This document shows, one piece after another, positions 31,189 through 43,346 of a stretch of 64,000 nucleotides of DNA. The translations under genes and the position numbers were made by a program. The stretch's first letter is position 1, and the number at the start of each line of letters is the position of its first letter. The notes beneath the pieces were generated by a model. It did no database searches. It was not told where the DNA came from and saw only the letters and a program-made list of their open reading frames with translations. Source of the stretch: Zoogloea sp. (lineage in GTDB: Bacteria; Pseudomonadota; Gammaproteobacteria; Burkholderiales; Rhodocyclaceae); contig NZ_JAOAUU010000036.1 in the NCBI RefSeq assembly GCF_030157465.1, forward strand, positions 2,427-66,426. The letters run 5' to 3'.

Positions 31189-32361
31189 ATGGAATTCGAA
31201 CTCTGGTGGTTACTGGCTTTTCCGCTTTTTTTCGTGCTGGGCTGGCTGGCGGCGCGCGTTGATATCAAGCATCTGGTCAAGGAGTCCCGTGCGTTGCCGC
31301 GGACCTATCTGACCGGCCTCAATTTTTTGCTCAACGAGCAGCCCGACAAGGCCATCGACGCCTTCATCGAGGCGGTAAAGATCGACAATCAGACCGTCGA
31401 GCTGCATTTCGCGCTGGGAAGCCTGTTTCGCCGACGGGGTGAAACGGACAGGGCGATCCGCATGCACCAGAACCTGGTTGACCGCAACGACCTGTCGGAC
31501 GATCAGCGCCAGCACGCGCTGTCGGAGCTTGGCCTGGATTTCCTCAAGGCGGGCTTGCTGGATCGTGCCGAAGCGGTGTTCCTCAAGTTGCGCGATACCC
31601 GTCTGAACGATTTCGCCCTAAAGAACCTGCTCGACATCTACCAGCAGGAAAAGGATTGGCGGAAGGCCATCGAGATCGCCGAGGCGCTGCCTCACGAAGG
31701 TGTTCTCTGGGAAAAGGAAGTCTCCAATTTCCACTGCGAACTGGCCAGCGCTGATATCGCGAACTCCCGATTCGACGATGCGCTCAGCAGCATCACACGG
31801 GCCCTTGAAATGAACCGAAAGTCGGTTCGCGCGAGCATGTTGCTGGGCGATCTGCATGCAGCCCGCGGCGATGATCAGGCTGCGCTCGATGCCTGGAAAA
31901 GGGTCGAGAGTCAGAATCCGGTGTATCTCGCCCTCGTCGCCGAGCGGCTCATGGATGCGTACAGGCGCCTGGATCAGCTGGAGCAGGGCATGCAACTCCT
32001 GCGCAGCTATCTTGAACAGTACGCTTCGCTGGATCTTCTCGATGCCCTGTTCCAGTGGGAATTGCAAAAAGAAGGCCCCCAGGCTGCCTATCAGCTCGTG
32101 CGCGACGAGTTGCGTCGCAACCCAACCCTGCTGGGGCTCGACAAGTTGCTGGAGGCTGCGCTGTTGACGGCGCCGGTGGCGCAGCGTAACGATATCGAGC
32201 TGGTGAAAGGGCTGGTGCACGGGCATACGCGTCGCGTTGCGCGCTATCGTTGCGATGCCTGTGGTTTCAAGGCGCGGCAGTTCTACTGGCGCTGCCCGGC
32301 CTGTGGCGGATGGGAAACCTATCCTCCAAGGCGCACCGAAGAGTTCGATCTCTCCCCCTGA
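31189..32361 (+). CDS. lapB: Lipopolysaccharide assembly protein LapB
   Basis: GLNFLLNEQPDKAID, TPRs, C-terminal CDACG..CPACGGW rubredoxin-like motif. Confidence 0.95.
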   Translation: MEFELWWLLAFPLFFVLGWLAARVDIKHLVKESRALPRTYLTGLNFLLNEQPDKAIDAFIEAVKIDNQTVELHFALGSLFRRRGETDRAIRMHQNLVDRNDLSDDQRQHALSELGLDFLKAGLLDRAEAVFLKLRDTRLNDFALKNLLDIYQQEKDWRKAIEIAEALPHEGVLWEKEVSNFHCELASADIANSRFDDALSSITRALEMNRKSVRASMLLGDLHAARGDDQAALDAWKRVESQNPVYLALVAERLMDAYRRLDQLEQGMQLLRSYLEQYASLDLLDALFQWELQKEGPQAAYQLVRDELRRNPTLLGLDKLLEAALLTAPVAQRNDIELVKGLVHGHTRRVARYRCDACGFKARQFYWRCPACGGWETYPPRRTEEFDLSP

Positions 32362-32452
32362 TCTTGGGCGGGGTTATTGCGGAAGGGCTCCTCTTTCGCG
32401 CAAGCTGCCAGTTTGTGGCGCGGTTATCTAGATTCATCTCGGGAATGAGCAT

Positions 32453-33775
32453 ATGAAAATCACCGTGGTCGGTACGGGTTATGTGGGTTTGGTATCCGGC
32501 GCCTGTCTCGCTGAAATGGGCAACGACGTGCTTTGCCTTGATCTGGATCCGGAAAAAATCCGCATTCTCAAGGAAGGCGGTATTCCGATCCACGAGCCGG
32601 GCCTGGATCAGGTTGTGGCCCGCAACGTTGCCGGCGGACGTCTGCATTTCACGACCGATGTTCAGGAGGCCGTTCAGTTCGGCACGATCCAGTTCATTGC
32701 TGTCGGCACGCCACCCGACGAGGACGGCTCGGCCGACCTGAAGTACGTACTGTCGGCCGCCAGGGCCATCGGCCGTCACATGACCGACTACAAGGTGATC
32801 GTCGACAAGAGCACCGTGCCGGTCGGAACTGCCGACAAGGTCAAGGCTGCGGTGCAGGCTGAACTCGATGCCCGCGGTGCTGCGATTCCGTACAGCGTTG
32901 TGTCGAACCCCGAGTTCCTCAAGGAGGGCGCGGCGGTTGACGATTTCATGCGCCCGGATCGCATCGTCGTGGGCGCCGAGGACGACCAGGCCATCTTTCT
33001 GATGAAGGCCTTGTACGCGCCTTTCCAGCGTAACCACGAAAAGCTCCTGATCATGGACCTGCGCAGTGCCGAGCTGACCAAGTACGCGGCCAACGCGATG
33101 CTGGCCACCCGGATCAGCTTCATGAACGAGCTCGCGCTGCTGGCCGAAAACCTCGGCGCCGATATTGAACTGGTGCGCCAGGGCATCGGCAGCGATCCGC
33201 GCATTGGCTACCATTTCCTGTATGCGGGTTGCGGCTACGGCGGCTCGTGCTTCCCGAAAGACGTCAAGGCGCTGATCAAGACCGGTGCGGATGCGGGCCA
33301 TGCGCTGCATGTGCTCAACGCGGTCGAGGATGCCAATGACGCCCAGAAGCTGGTGCTGGTGCACAAGATCGTGGCCCATTTTGGTGAAGATCTGAGCGGC
33401 AAGCATTTTGCGTTGTGGGGGCTGGCGTTCAAGCCGAACACCGACGACATGCGCGATGCGCCTAGCCGCGTGATCATCGCCGAGCTTTTCCGGCGCGGAG
33501 CGACCGTTACCGCCTACGATCCGGTGGCGATGACGGAAAGTCGCCGGATATTTGGCGACGAGCCCCGTCTCTCCTATGCCGACCGCCCGATGCAGGCGCT
33601 CGACAACGCTGATGCGCTGGTGATCGTCACCGAGTGGAAGGAGTTCCGCAGCCCCGACTTCGATGTCATCAAGGCCAAGCTCAAGAGCCCGCTGATTTTC
33701 GACGGTCGAAATATTTTCGACCCGGCCCTGCCGAGGCAGGCGGGCCTGAGCTACCTGAGCATCGGCCGACCCTGA
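32453..33775 (+). CDS. ugd: UDP-glucose 6-dehydrogenase
   Basis: [43 protein letters not shown]. Confidence 0.95.
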   Translation: MKITVVGTGYVGLVSGACLAEMGNDVLCLDLDPEKIRILKEGGIPIHEPGLDQVVARNVAGGRLHFTTDVQEAVQFGTIQFIAVGTPPDEDGSADLKYVLSAARAIGRHMTDYKVIVDKSTVPVGTADKVKAAVQAELDARGAAIPYSVVSNPEFLKEGAAVDDFMRPDRIVVGAEDDQAIFLMKALYAPFQRNHEKLLIMDLRSAELTKYAANAMLATRISFMNELALLAENLGADIELVRQGIGSDPRIGYHFLYAGCGYGGSCFPKDVKALIKTGADAGHALHVLNAVEDANDAQKLVLVHKIVAHFGEDLSGKHFALWGLAFKPNTDDMRDAPSRVIIAELFRRGATVTAYDPVAMTESRRIFGDEPRLSYADRPMQALDNADALVIVTEWKEFRSPDFDVIKAKLKSPLIFDGRNIFDPALPRQAGLSYLSIGRP

Positions 33776-33934
33776 GCGGGCGAACGCTCAGGCTGTTTTC
33801 AGGGGCTTCCGGCGGGAGTCCCTTTTTGCTTTTTGGCGGCTCCGGTTCCCGCGGAGCGCGCCGCAGTTTGCCCTGTCCGCCTGACAGGCATTCGGTATGA
33901 TCGCCCCAACCCGATTTTTCCACTGGATCGAATG

Positions 33935-34825
33935 ATGGAATTCAAGACTCTCGAAGACTACGTGGGCCAGACCCCGCTGGTCCGGCTCAAGCGCATCGCT
34001 GCCGGACGTAATAACGTCATTCTCGCCAAGCTCGAAGGCAACAATCCGGCCGGTTCGGTCAAGGATCGTCCGGCCCTGTCGATGATCCTGCGTGCCGAGG
34101 CGCGCGGCGAGATCGCTCCTGGCCAGACCCTCATCGAGGCGACCAGCGGCAATACCGGCATCGCCCTTGCCATGGCTGCCGCCATTCGCGGCTACGGCAT
34201 GATTCTTGTGATGCCCGAAAATCAGAGCATCGAGCGCCGCCAGAGCATGAGTGCGTTTGGTGCCGAGCTGGTGCTGACTCCGAAGGAGGGCGGCATGGAA
34301 CTCGCCCGTGACGTGGCCTCGCGCATGCGCGACGAAGGACGCGGCGTCATCCTCGACCAGTTCGCCAACCCTGACAATCCGCTGGCTCACTTCGAAGGCA
34401 CCGGCCCGGAAATCTGGGAGCAGACCGGCGGAACAGTGACCCATTTCATCAGCAGCATGGGCACGACGGGCACGATCATGGGTGTATCCGCCTATCTGAA
34501 AGAGAAAAACCCGGCGATCCGCATCGTTGGCTGCCAGCCTACCGATGGATCTCAGATTCCCGGTATCCGCAAATGGCCCGAGGCCTATCTGCCGAGCATC
34601 TATGACAACGCCCGGGTCGACCAGCTCGAATACGTATCGCAGGCCGATGCCGAGGAAATGACTCGCCGCCTCGCACGTGAAGAAGGCATTTTTGCCGGAA
34701 TTTCCTCGGGCGGTGCCATGTGCGTGGCGCTGCGCCTGGCCGAGCAGCTCGAGAACGCGGTGATCGTTTCCATCGTTTGTGACCGGGGCGATCGTTATCT
34801 GTCTACGGGTGTCTTTCCTGCCTGA
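33935..34825 (+). CDS. cysM: Cysteine synthase B
   Basis: KLEGNNPAGSVKDR, EATSGNTG, SSMGTTGT, GISSGG, CDRGDRYLS. Confidence 0.95.
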   Translation: MEFKTLEDYVGQTPLVRLKRIAAGRNNVILAKLEGNNPAGSVKDRPALSMILRAEARGEIAPGQTLIEATSGNTGIALAMAAAIRGYGMILVMPENQSIERRQSMSAFGAELVLTPKEGGMELARDVASRMRDEGRGVILDQFANPDNPLAHFEGTGPEIWEQTGGTVTHFISSMGTTGTIMGVSAYLKEKNPAIRIVGCQPTDGSQIPGIRKWPEAYLPSIYDNARVDQLEYVSQADAEEMTRRLAREEGIFAGISSGGAMCVALRLAEQLENAVIVSIVCDRGDRYLSTGVFPA

Positions 34826-34833
34826 TGATCCGC

Positions 34834-35643
34834 ATGGCCACTACGCTTGTTTTTGATATCGAAACGATTCCCGATGTCGAGGGTATTCGCAGGCTGCACG
34901 GCCTGCCGGAGGAACTTGCGCCCGAGGAGGTGGCAGAGTTCGCCTTTCAGCAGCGGCGTGCCGCCAACGGGTCGGATTTCCTGCCTCATCATTTGCAGCG
35001 GGTCGTGACGATTTCCTGCGCACTGAGGGACGCCAGTCAGTTTCGCGTGTTTTCGCTGTCGGAGCCCGATTGTGCCGAGGGCCAGCTCATTCAGCGCTTT
35101 TTCGACGGCGTCGAGAGATTCACTCCGCAACTGGTGTCATGGAACGGAGGTGGCTTTGACCTGCCCGTGCTGCACTACCGCGGCATGTTGCACGGCGTCA
35201 GCGCGCCCCGCTACTGGGATCTGGGCGACGGGGATTACAACGACTCCCGTGATTTCAAGTGGAACAACTACATAGGGCGTTACCACACCCGACATCTCGA
35301 CCTGATGGACTTGCTGGCGCTCTACCAGCCGCGGGCTAGCGCGCCGCTGGATGATCTCGCCAAGCTGATGGGGTTTCCCGGCAAGCTCGGCATGGATGGA
35401 TCGGCCGTGTGGAAGGGCTACTGTGAAGGCCGTATCGCGGAAATTCGTGATTACTGTGAAACCGATGTGGCGAATACCTACCTGGTGTTCCTGCGTTTCC
35501 AGTTGATGCGTGGGGTGCTCGACAAGGCTGGGTACGAAGCCGAGATCGCTTTCGTGCGGGAAACGCTGGGTCGCCTTGAGGCTGCCCACTGGGAGCGCTT
35601 CCTTGCGGCGTGGCCGGTCAGTGCGCCAGATGAAAATAAATAG
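34834..35643 (+). CDS. PolB-like 3'-5' exonuclease family protein
   Basis: VFDIET, SWNGGGFDLPVL, HLDLMD, YCETDV. Confidence 0.85.
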   Translation: MATTLVFDIETIPDVEGIRRLHGLPEELAPEEVAEFAFQQRRAANGSDFLPHHLQRVVTISCALRDASQFRVFSLSEPDCAEGQLIQRFFDGVERFTPQLVSWNGGGFDLPVLHYRGMLHGVSAPRYWDLGDGDYNDSRDFKWNNYIGRYHTRHLDLMDLLALYQPRASAPLDDLAKLMGFPGKLGMDGSAVWKGYCEGRIAEIRDYCETDVANTYLVFLRFQLMRGVLDKAGYEAEIAFVRETLGRLEAAHWERFLAAWPVSAPDENK

Positions 35644-35652
35644 AGGTAGTTG

Positions 35653-35680
35653 TTGACAGATTTTCTGGGTCGTCTATAAT
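35653..35680 (+). promoter_or_regulatory. Consensus sigma70 promoter of tRNA-Val
   Basis: TTGACA-16 nt-TATAAT followed by GC-rich discriminator GCGGGC. Confidence 0.88.
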
Positions 35681-35691
35681 GCGGGCTTCTT

Positions 35692-35768
35692 AGGCGCGTA
35701 GCTCAGCTGGTTAGAGCACCACCTTGACATGGTGGGGGTCGTTGGTTCGAGTCCAATCGCGCCTACCA
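35692..35768 (+). tRNA. tRNA-Val(GAC)
   Basis: AGGCGCG acceptor stem, TAGCTCAGCTGGTTAGAGC, anticodon loop TT-GAC-AT, GGTTCGAGTCC, encoded CCA. Confidence 0.96.
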
Positions 35769-35858
35769 CATACCTAAGAAGGAAAACGATGTCTCGAACT
35801 TGCAGCGAGCAAGGCTAATTAAGACCGAGTCTGCTGTGAGGCGTTTTCCAGAAAAAAG

Positions 35859-35889
35859 AAAAAGCGCGGCTCGTCCGCGCTTTTTTTTT
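35859..35889 (+). terminator. Intrinsic terminator between tRNA-Val and thrS
   Basis: AAAAAAGCGCGG-ctcgt-CCGCGCTTTTTTTTT. Confidence 0.75.
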
Positions 35890-35917
35890 GCCCAGCTTTT
35901 TCCGTAAGCGAGTCATC

Positions 35918-37834
35918 ATGCCCAATATCACCTTGCCCGACGGTTCTGTACGCAGTTTCGAGCAGCCCGTGACGATTGCCCAGGTTGCTGCCTCCATCGG
36001 TGCCGGCCTGGCTCGCGCTGCGCTTGCCGGCAAGGTCGAAGGCAGGCTTGTCGATACTTCTTTCCTTATTGAAAACGATACGGCGCTCGCCATCGTTACC
36101 GACAAGGATGCAGAGGGTCTTGAGGTTATCCGCCACTCTACGGCTCACCTCTTGGCCTATGCGGTAAAAGAGCTGTTTCCGGATGCTCAGGTCACCATCG
36201 GACCGGTAATCGAAAACGGCTTCTTCTACGACTTCTCCTACAAGCGTCCCTTTACGCCCGAAGATCTCGAAAAAATCGAGCTGCGCATGGCCGAGCTGGT
36301 CAAGCGTGATATTCCGGTCGAGCGTAGCGTGCTGCCGCGGGATGAGGCTGTTGCGTTCTTCAAATCCATTGGCGAGCATTACAAGGCCGAGATCATTGCG
36401 TCGATCCCGCAGGATCAGGATGTATCCCTGTATCGCGAGGGCGATTTCGTCGATCTGTGTCGCGGACCTCACGTCCCTTCTACCGGAAAACTCAAGGTTT
36501 TCAAGCTGATGAAGGTAGCCGGCGCCTACTGGCGTGGCGACTCGAAGAACGAAATGCTGCAGCGCATTTACGGCACGGCCTGGGCGAAGAAGGAAGATCA
36601 GGAAGCCTATCTGCACATGCTTGAGGAGGCCGAAAAACGCGATCACCGCCGCCTCGGAAAGCAGCTCGATCTCTTCCATCTGCAGGATGAGGCGCCGGGT
36701 ATGGTTTTCTGGCACCCGAAGGGCTGGACCCTCTGGCAGCAGATCGAGCAGTACATGCGCCGTGTGCTGACGGCGGCGGGCTACGATGAGGTCAAGACGC
36801 CGCTTGTGATGGATCGCCAGTTGTGGGAGCGATCGGGGCATTGGGATAACTACCGTGACAACATGTTCACCACGGAATCGGAAAAGCGCGACTACGCGAT
36901 CAAGCCGATGAACTGTCCGGGGCATGTCCAGATCTACAATCACGGTCTGCATTCCTATCGCGATCTGCCTTTGCGTCTGGCCGAGTTTGGTTCCTGCCAC
37001 CGCAACGAGCCCTCTGGTGCGCTGCATGGCCTGATGCGGGTGCGCGGCTTTGTACAGGACGACGCGCATATCTTCTGTACCGAAGAGCAGATCGTCTCCG
37101 AGGTCACGGCCTTCAACGAACTGCTGTCCCGCGTCTATCGCGATTTCGGTTTTACCGATGTGGCCGTCAAGCTTTCCCTGCGTCCGGAGAAGCGTGCTGG
37201 TAGTGACGAGGTCTGGGACAAGGCCGAAGGCGGGTTGCGCGAGGCGCTCGCTGCTTCAGGTCATGGCTGGGAAGAGTTGCCCGGTGAGGGCGCTTTCTAC
37301 GGTCCGAAAATCGAGTATCACGTCAAGGACGCTCTTGGGCGTTCCTGGCAGTGCGGCACGATGCAGCTCGACTTCGTGCTGCCCGAGCGGCTGGATGCCG
37401 AGTATGTGACGGAAGATAATTCCCGCCGCCGTCCGGTGATGCTGCATCGTGCGATTCTCGGGTCGCTGGAGCGTTTTATCGGCATTCTCATCGAGAACCA
37501 CGCCGGTGCGCTGCCCATGTGGCTGTCTCCGGTGCAGGCCGTGGTGATGAATATCTCGGATGCGCAGGCCGATTATGTGACGGAAGTGGTCAAAACGCTG
37601 CGCTCGCGCGGATTCCGCGTCGAGGCGGATTTGCGCAACGAGAAAATTACTTATAAAATACGCGAACATAGCGTACGTAAGCTGCCTTACTTGCTGGTCG
37701 TTGGTGACAAGGAGAAGGCAGCTGAAGTTGTGGCCGTGCGCGCCCGGGGTAATCAAGACCTCGGTCAAATGTCCCTCGATACGATTGTCGAGCGTTGGCA
37801 ACGTGAAATATCCGCGTTTGCCGGCACGGCCTGA
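35918..37834 (+). CDS. thrS: Threonyl-tRNA synthetase
   Basis: [49 protein letters not shown]. Confidence 0.98.
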   Translation: MPNITLPDGSVRSFEQPVTIAQVAASIGAGLARAALAGKVEGRLVDTSFLIENDTALAIVTDKDAEGLEVIRHSTAHLLAYAVKELFPDAQVTIGPVIENGFFYDFSYKRPFTPEDLEKIELRMAELVKRDIPVERSVLPRDEAVAFFKSIGEHYKAEIIASIPQDQDVSLYREGDFVDLCRGPHVPSTGKLKVFKLMKVAGAYWRGDSKNEMLQRIYGTAWAKKEDQEAYLHMLEEAEKRDHRRLGKQLDLFHLQDEAPGMVFWHPKGWTLWQQIEQYMRRVLTAAGYDEVKTPLVMDRQLWERSGHWDNYRDNMFTTESEKRDYAIKPMNCPGHVQIYNHGLHSYRDLPLRLAEFGSCHRNEPSGALHGLMRVRGFVQDDAHIFCTEEQIVSEVTAFNELLSRVYRDFGFTDVAVKLSLRPEKRAGSDEVWDKAEGGLREALAASGHGWEELPGEGAFYGPKIEYHVKDALGRSWQCGTMQLDFVLPERLDAEYVTEDNSRRRPVMLHRAILGSLERFIGILIENHAGALPMWLSPVQAVVMNISDAQADYVTEVVKTLRSRGFRVEADLRNEKITYKIREHSVRKLPYLLVVGDKEKAAEVVAVRARGNQDLGQMSLDTIVERWQREISAFAGTA

Positions 37835-37863
37835 TATTTTTTGCTTTCTTGGAGAATTGAACC

Positions 37864-38385
37864 ATCGCTCAGGATAAAAAACTGCGCATCAACGGCGAAA
37901 TCAGTGTGCCGGAAGTGCGTTTGACGGGGGAGGACGGTGAGCAAATTGGCATCGTTACTCTGCGTGCTGCACTGGAAGCGGCTGAAGAAGCCGGTTGCGA
38001 TCTGGTAGAGATCGCGCCGATGGCGAAGCCGCCAGTTTGTCGCTTGATGGACTTCGGCAAATACAAGTACGAAGAAGCCAAGCGGGCTCATGAAGCTAAG
38101 CAAAAGCAGAAGCAGATTCAGGTCAAGGAAGTCAAACTTCGTCCGGGTACCGACGAGAACGACTACCAGATCAAGTTGCGCAACCTCATCAAGTTCCTGA
38201 CCGAGGGTGACAAGGCCAAAGTGACGCTGCGTTTTCGCGGTCGTGAAATGGCTCACCAGGAATTCGGCATGCGCCAGCTCGAACGGGTCAAGGCTGACCT
38301 CGAAGAAATCGGCCAGGTCGAGCAGATGCCCAAGATGGAAGGGCGCCAGATGATCATGGTCATCGCGCCGAAAAAGAAGCACTAG
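37864..38385 (+). CDS. infC: Translation initiation factor IF-3, non-canonical ATC start
   Basis: GGAG RBS at 37851, then ATC GCT CAG GAT AAA, in frame with [26 protein letters not shown]. Confidence 0.93.
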   Translation: MAQDKKLRINGEISVPEVRLTGEDGEQIGIVTLRAALEAAEEAGCDLVEIAPMAKPPVCRLMDFGKYKYEEAKRAHEAKQKQKQIQVKEVKLRPGTDENDYQIKLRNLIKFLTEGDKAKVTLRFRGREMAHQEFGMRQLERVKADLEEIGQVEQMPKMEGRQMIMVIAPKKKH

Positions 38386-38517
38386 GAATTCCCGGTGTCG
38401 CAAGGCACTGGAATACGGCGGGCAGCATAGCCCGCCGGAAACAAGTGGTGACGGGTTGTTGAAGCGTTTCCGGAAGTCGGAAGCCACCCGGGGCCATGTC
38501 ATAAGCTGGAGTACTTC
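38386..38517 (+). promoter_or_regulatory. Structured rpmI-rplT leader (candidate L20 autoregulatory element)
   Basis: Hairpins CCGGTGTC-gcaa-GGCACTGG and CGGCGGGC-agcata-GCCCGCCG; function inferred from position only. Confidence 0.4.
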
Positions 38518-38715
38518 ATGCCCAAGATGAAGACGAAGAGCGGGGCCGCCAAGCGGTTCAAAATCCGCTCGAGCGGTAGCATCAAGCGTTCGCAGGCGTT
38601 CAAGCGCCACATCCTGACCAAGAAGACGACCAAGAGCAAGCGCCAGCTGCGCGGCATGACTGCCGTTCACGCTGCGGACGAAAAGTCCATCCGCGCCATG
38701 ATGCCTTACGCCTGA
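38518..38715 (+). CDS. rpmI: 50S ribosomal protein L35
   Basis: [21 protein letters not shown]. Confidence 0.97.
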   Translation: MPKMKTKSGAAKRFKIRSSGSIKRSQAFKRHILTKKTTKSKRQLRGMTAVHAADEKSIRAMMPYA

Positions 38716-38728
38716 TTAGGAGAACGCA

Positions 38729-39088
38729 ATGCCCAGAGTTAAGCGCGGTGTAACCGCACGTGCACGTCACAAAAAAGTCCTCGATCAAGCCAAGGGCTAT
38801 CGTGGTCGTCGCAAGAACGTATATCGGATCGCCAAGCAGGCGGTGATGAAGGCCGGGCAATATGCCTACCGTGACCGTCGTCAACGCAAGCGTCAGTTCC
38901 GTGCCCTGTGGATCGCCCGTATCAACGCCGCTGCACGTGAAGTCGGTCTGACCTACAGCCGCTTCATGAACGGCCTGAAGAAGGCTTCCATCGAAGTGGA
39001 CCGCAAGGTTCTGGCCGATCTGGCCGTGTTCGACAAGCCCGCTTTCGCGGCGCTCGCCGAACAAGCCAAGGCCAAACTCGCTGCGTAA
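38729..39088 (+). CDS. rplT: 50S ribosomal protein L20
   Basis: [32 protein letters not shown]. Confidence 0.98.
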   Translation: MPRVKRGVTARARHKKVLDQAKGYRGRRKNVYRIAKQAVMKAGQYAYRDRRQRKRQFRALWIARINAAAREVGLTYSRFMNGLKKASIEVDRKVLADLAVFDKPAFAALAEQAKAKLAA

Positions 39089-39102
39089 TCGTACGCCGCT
39101 CG

Positions 39103-39131
39103 AAAAAAGGAGGCCTGGCCTCCTTTTTTTT
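39103..39131 (+). terminator. Intrinsic terminator after rplT
   Basis: AAAAAAGGAGGC-ctg-GCCTCCTTTTTTTT. Confidence 0.8.
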
Positions 39132-39138
39132 GTCCTGA

Positions 39139-40191
<1,053 letters not shown>

Positions 40192-40194
40192 GCC

Positions 40195-42573
40195 ATGCAA
40201 TTCTCAGAACTCTGGTTGCGCAGTTTCGTCAGTCCGGCTCTTGATTCGGACGCGCTGGGGCATTTGCTCACCATGGCGGGGCTGGAAGTGGAAGGGCAGG
40301 GCGGCGTCGCCTCCGTGTTCTCCAAGGTGGTGGTTGCGCAGATCGTCGAGGCGGAAAAGCATCCGAATGCCGACAAGCTGCGTGTCTGCAAGGTGGATGC
40401 CGGGCAGGGCGAGTTGCTGCAGATTGTCTGTGGTGCCCCCAATGCCGCGGTCGGAATCAGGATTCCATGTGCCCTCGTTGGCGCCGACCTGGCTGGTTTC
40501 GGCATCAAGGCGGCCAAGCTGCGTGGTGTCGAATCCTTTGGCATGCTGTGCTCTGCCAAGGAACTCGGTCTTTCGGATGAGAGCAGCGGCCTGCTGGTGC
40601 TGCCGGAGGACGCCCCGATCGGTATCGATCTGCGGGAATACCTCAAGCTTGACGACACCCTGTTCACGATCAAGTTAACGCCGAACCGTGCCGACTGCCT
40701 GAGCCTTTCCGGCATTGCCCGTGAAGTGGCGGCCTTAACCGGCAGTCCGCTCAGCCTGCCCGCCTGCGAAGTCGTGGCTCCGTCTCACGGCGAGACGCGC
40801 GCGATCGTTCTTGATGCGCCGGAAGCTTGCCCGCGTTACAGCGGCCGGATCATCCGCGGAGTGAACGCCAAGGCGCCGACGCCGGACTGGATGCAGCAGC
40901 GCCTCGTGCGCAGCGGCATCCGCTCGATCAGTGCGCTGGTGGATGTGACCAACTACGTGATGCTGGAACTTGGTCAGCCGCTGCATGCCTTCGATAACGC
41001 GAAGCTCGGCGGTGCGATCCATGTGCGTCTGCCGAAGGCCGGCGAACAGGTGCTGCTGCTCAACGGCCAGACCATCCCCCCGGCTGCCGACACCCTGCTG
41101 ATTGCCGACGAATCCCGCGCGCTGGCGCTGGCCGGCATCATGGGTGGCGACGATAGCGGGATTACGCTGGAAACCACCGATCTTTTCCTGGAAAGCGCTT
41201 TCTTTGCGCCGGACGCCATTGCCGGCCGCGCCCGCGCTTACGGTTTTTCGTCGGACGCGTCATACCGCTTCGAGCGCGGTGTGGACTTCGAGCTCGCCGG
41301 CAAGGCGATGGAGCGGGCCACGCGCCTGATCCTCGATATCTGCGGCGGTTCAGCCGGCCCGGTGCAGGAGGCGCTGGCTGCCGACAAGTTGCCGGCGCGC
41401 GCGCCGATCCGCCTGCGTGCGGCACGCGTGCGCCGCGTGCTGGGCATTGCGCTCAGTGCAGACACGGTTGCCGCAATGTTCCACCACCTCGGTCTTGCCG
41501 TGGTGCGCGATGGCGACGATTTTGTCGTGACGCCGCCGTCCTACCGGTTCGACCTTGAGATCGAGGAAGACCTGATCGAGGAAATTGCCCGGATCCACGG
41601 CTACGACAACATTCCGGTGCTTGCTCCGCGTGGCCCGATCACGATGTTGCCGCGGCCCGAGGCCCGGCGCGACGCGATGTCTGTCCGTCGCCTGGTGGCC
41701 GGTCGCGAATATCAGGAAGTGATCAACTTCGCCTTCGTCGAGGAGGCGTGGGAGAAGGACTTTTGCGCCAATACCGATCCGGTTCGCCTTGCCAACCCGA
41801 TTGCCAGCCAGATGAGCGTGATGCGCTCGAGCCTGATCGGCGGGCTGGTGGCCAACCTTGTGACCAATCGCAAGCGTCAGACCAACCGGGTTCGTGTTTT
41901 CGAGATTGGCCGCTGCTTTAGCCGCGATGCGGCCGGCACGCCGGTGGATGGTTTCCGGCAGCCGGTGCGTCTGGCCGCGCTGGCCAGTGGTCTGGTGAGC
42001 CCGGAGCAGTGGGGCGAAGCCAACCGCAATGTGGATTTCTTCGACGTCAAGGCCGACCTCGAAGCGTTGTTTTTCCCGCGTGTCGCCGAGTTCGAGCGGG
42101 CTGTCCATCCGGCGCTGCATCCGGGGCGTTCTGCCCGTGTGCTGCTGGATGGTCGCGAAATCGGTTTCATCGGTGAGCTGCACCCGATCTGGGTTCAGCG
42201 CTACGAACTGGGGCTTGCGCCGGTCGTCTTCGAGGTCGAACTGGCTGCGTTGCTGGAAACCGTGACGCCAGCCTATCGCGAAGTGTCTCGTTTCCCGGCG
42301 GTAACCCGCGATCTGGCGCTTGTGGTTGATCAGGGCGTTGCCGCGGCCGGCTTGCTCAAGGGTCTGGAGGGCGTGGCGCCGGCCATCGTGCAGCGCATCG
42401 AACTGTTCGACCAGTATCAGGGCAAGGGTATCGAGCCGAACCGCAAGAGCCTTGCTTTCCGTGTAGTGATGCAAGAAACTCACCGGACGCTTGAGGATGC
42501 GGAAGTCGAGGCTGCGATGGCAGCCCTGACCCGTCACGCCGAGGATAATCTCGGCGCGAAGCTCAGGGCTTGA
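40195..42573 (+). CDS. pheT: Phenylalanyl-tRNA synthetase beta
   Basis: KHPNADKL, LRGVESFGMLCS, TPNRADCLS, RFERGVD, RDLALVV. Confidence 0.98.
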   Translation: MQFSELWLRSFVSPALDSDALGHLLTMAGLEVEGQGGVASVFSKVVVAQIVEAEKHPNADKLRVCKVDAGQGELLQIVCGAPNAAVGIRIPCALVGADLAGFGIKAAKLRGVESFGMLCSAKELGLSDESSGLLVLPEDAPIGIDLREYLKLDDTLFTIKLTPNRADCLSLSGIAREVAALTGSPLSLPACEVVAPSHGETRAIVLDAPEACPRYSGRIIRGVNAKAPTPDWMQQRLVRSGIRSISALVDVTNYVMLELGQPLHAFDNAKLGGAIHVRLPKAGEQVLLLNGQTIPPAADTLLIADESRALALAGIMGGDDSGITLETTDLFLESAFFAPDAIAGRARAYGFSSDASYRFERGVDFELAGKAMERATRLILDICGGSAGPVQEALAADKLPARAPIRLRAARVRRVLGIALSADTVAAMFHHLGLAVVRDGDDFVVTPPSYRFDLEIEEDLIEEIARIHGYDNIPVLAPRGPITMLPRPEARRDAMSVRRLVAGREYQEVINFAFVEEAWEKDFCANTDPVRLANPIASQMSVMRSSLIGGLVANLVTNRKRQTNRVRVFEIGRCFSRDAAGTPVDGFRQPVRLAALASGLVSPEQWGEANRNVDFFDVKADLEALFFPRVAEFERAVHPALHPGRSARVLLDGREIGFIGELHPIWVQRYELGLAPVVFEVELAALLETVTPAYREVSRFPAVTRDLALVVDQGVAAAGLLKGLEGVAPAIVQRIELFDQYQGKGIEPNRKSLAFRVVMQETHRTLEDAEVEAAMAALTRHAEDNLGAKLRA

Positions 42574-42579
42574 TGCATC

Positions 42580-42885
42580 ATGACAATGACCCTGACCAAG
42601 GCGGAACTCGCCGACATGCTCTTCGAACAGGTGGGCCTCAACAAGCGCGAAGCCAAGGATATGGTGGAGTGTTTCTTTGAGGAAATCCGCCTGGCGCTGG
42701 AGCGCGGCGATTGCGTCAAGCTTTCCGGTTTTGGAAACTTCCAGCTGCGCGAGAAGCCTCAGCGTCCTGGTCGCAACCCAAAAACCGGCGAAGAGATTCC
42801 GATTACGGCCCGGCGTGTGGTGACTTTTCATGCCAGCCAAAAGCTCAAGGCCAATGTGGAGCAACTGAGCGATGTCGCCAAGTGA
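42580..42885 (+). CDS. ihfA: Integration host factor alpha
   Basis: [46 protein letters not shown]. Confidence 0.97.
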   Translation: MTMTLTKAELADMLFEQVGLNKREAKDMVECFFEEIRLALERGDCVKLSGFGNFQLREKPQRPGRNPKTGEEIPITARRVVTFHASQKLKANVEQLSDVAK

Positions 42886-43249
42886 ACCCCAGGCAGTCGT
42901 AGAGCTGCCGCCGATTCCCGCCAAGCGTTACTTCACGATCGGTGAAGTCAGCGACCTGTGCGGGGTCAAACCTCATGTGCTGCGCTACTGGGAGCAGGAA
43001 TTCACCCAGTTGCGGCCGGTCAAACGCGGTGGTAACCGGCGTTATTATCAGCACCATGAGGTGCTGCTGATTCGCCGTATCCGGGAACTGCTCTACCAGG
43101 ACGGCTTCACGATTTCCGGTGCGCGCAACCGTCTCGACGAGACGGCGGCGCGCAAGCGTGAGGATGTCGAGGAGTCGGTCGGCCTGCGCGAGCAGCTCTC
43201 GGCGCTGCGTGCCGAAATCAAGTCTATCCTGCAGGATTTGCAGGACTGA
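42872..43249 (+). CDS. MerR family transcriptional regulator (conserved ihfA neighbour)
   Basis: [39 protein letters not shown]. Confidence 0.92.
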   Translation: MSPSEPQAVVELPPIPAKRYFTIGEVSDLCGVKPHVLRYWEQEFTQLRPVKRGGNRRYYQHHEVLLIRRIRELLYQDGFTISGARNRLDETAARKREDVEESVGLREQLSALRAEIKSILQDLQD

Positions 43250-43346
43250 CCCGCGCGCGGGGCGGGGAGCCCCTTCCTGCCTGAAATACAAGCGGTGCCG
43301 GGTCTCGGCGCACGCTCACGCAGCTTCATTTACCCGGATTTTTCCC

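Noticed and set aside
35789-35818. Nine-codon ORF MSRTCSEQG with a good RBS before the thrS hairpin (attenuator leader?)
   Set aside because: Only one Thr codon and no alternative antiterminator evident.
43255-43346. CGGGGCG resembling the start of tRNA-Pro after merR
   Set aside because: No D-arm, anticodon arm or TTCGA motif follows.
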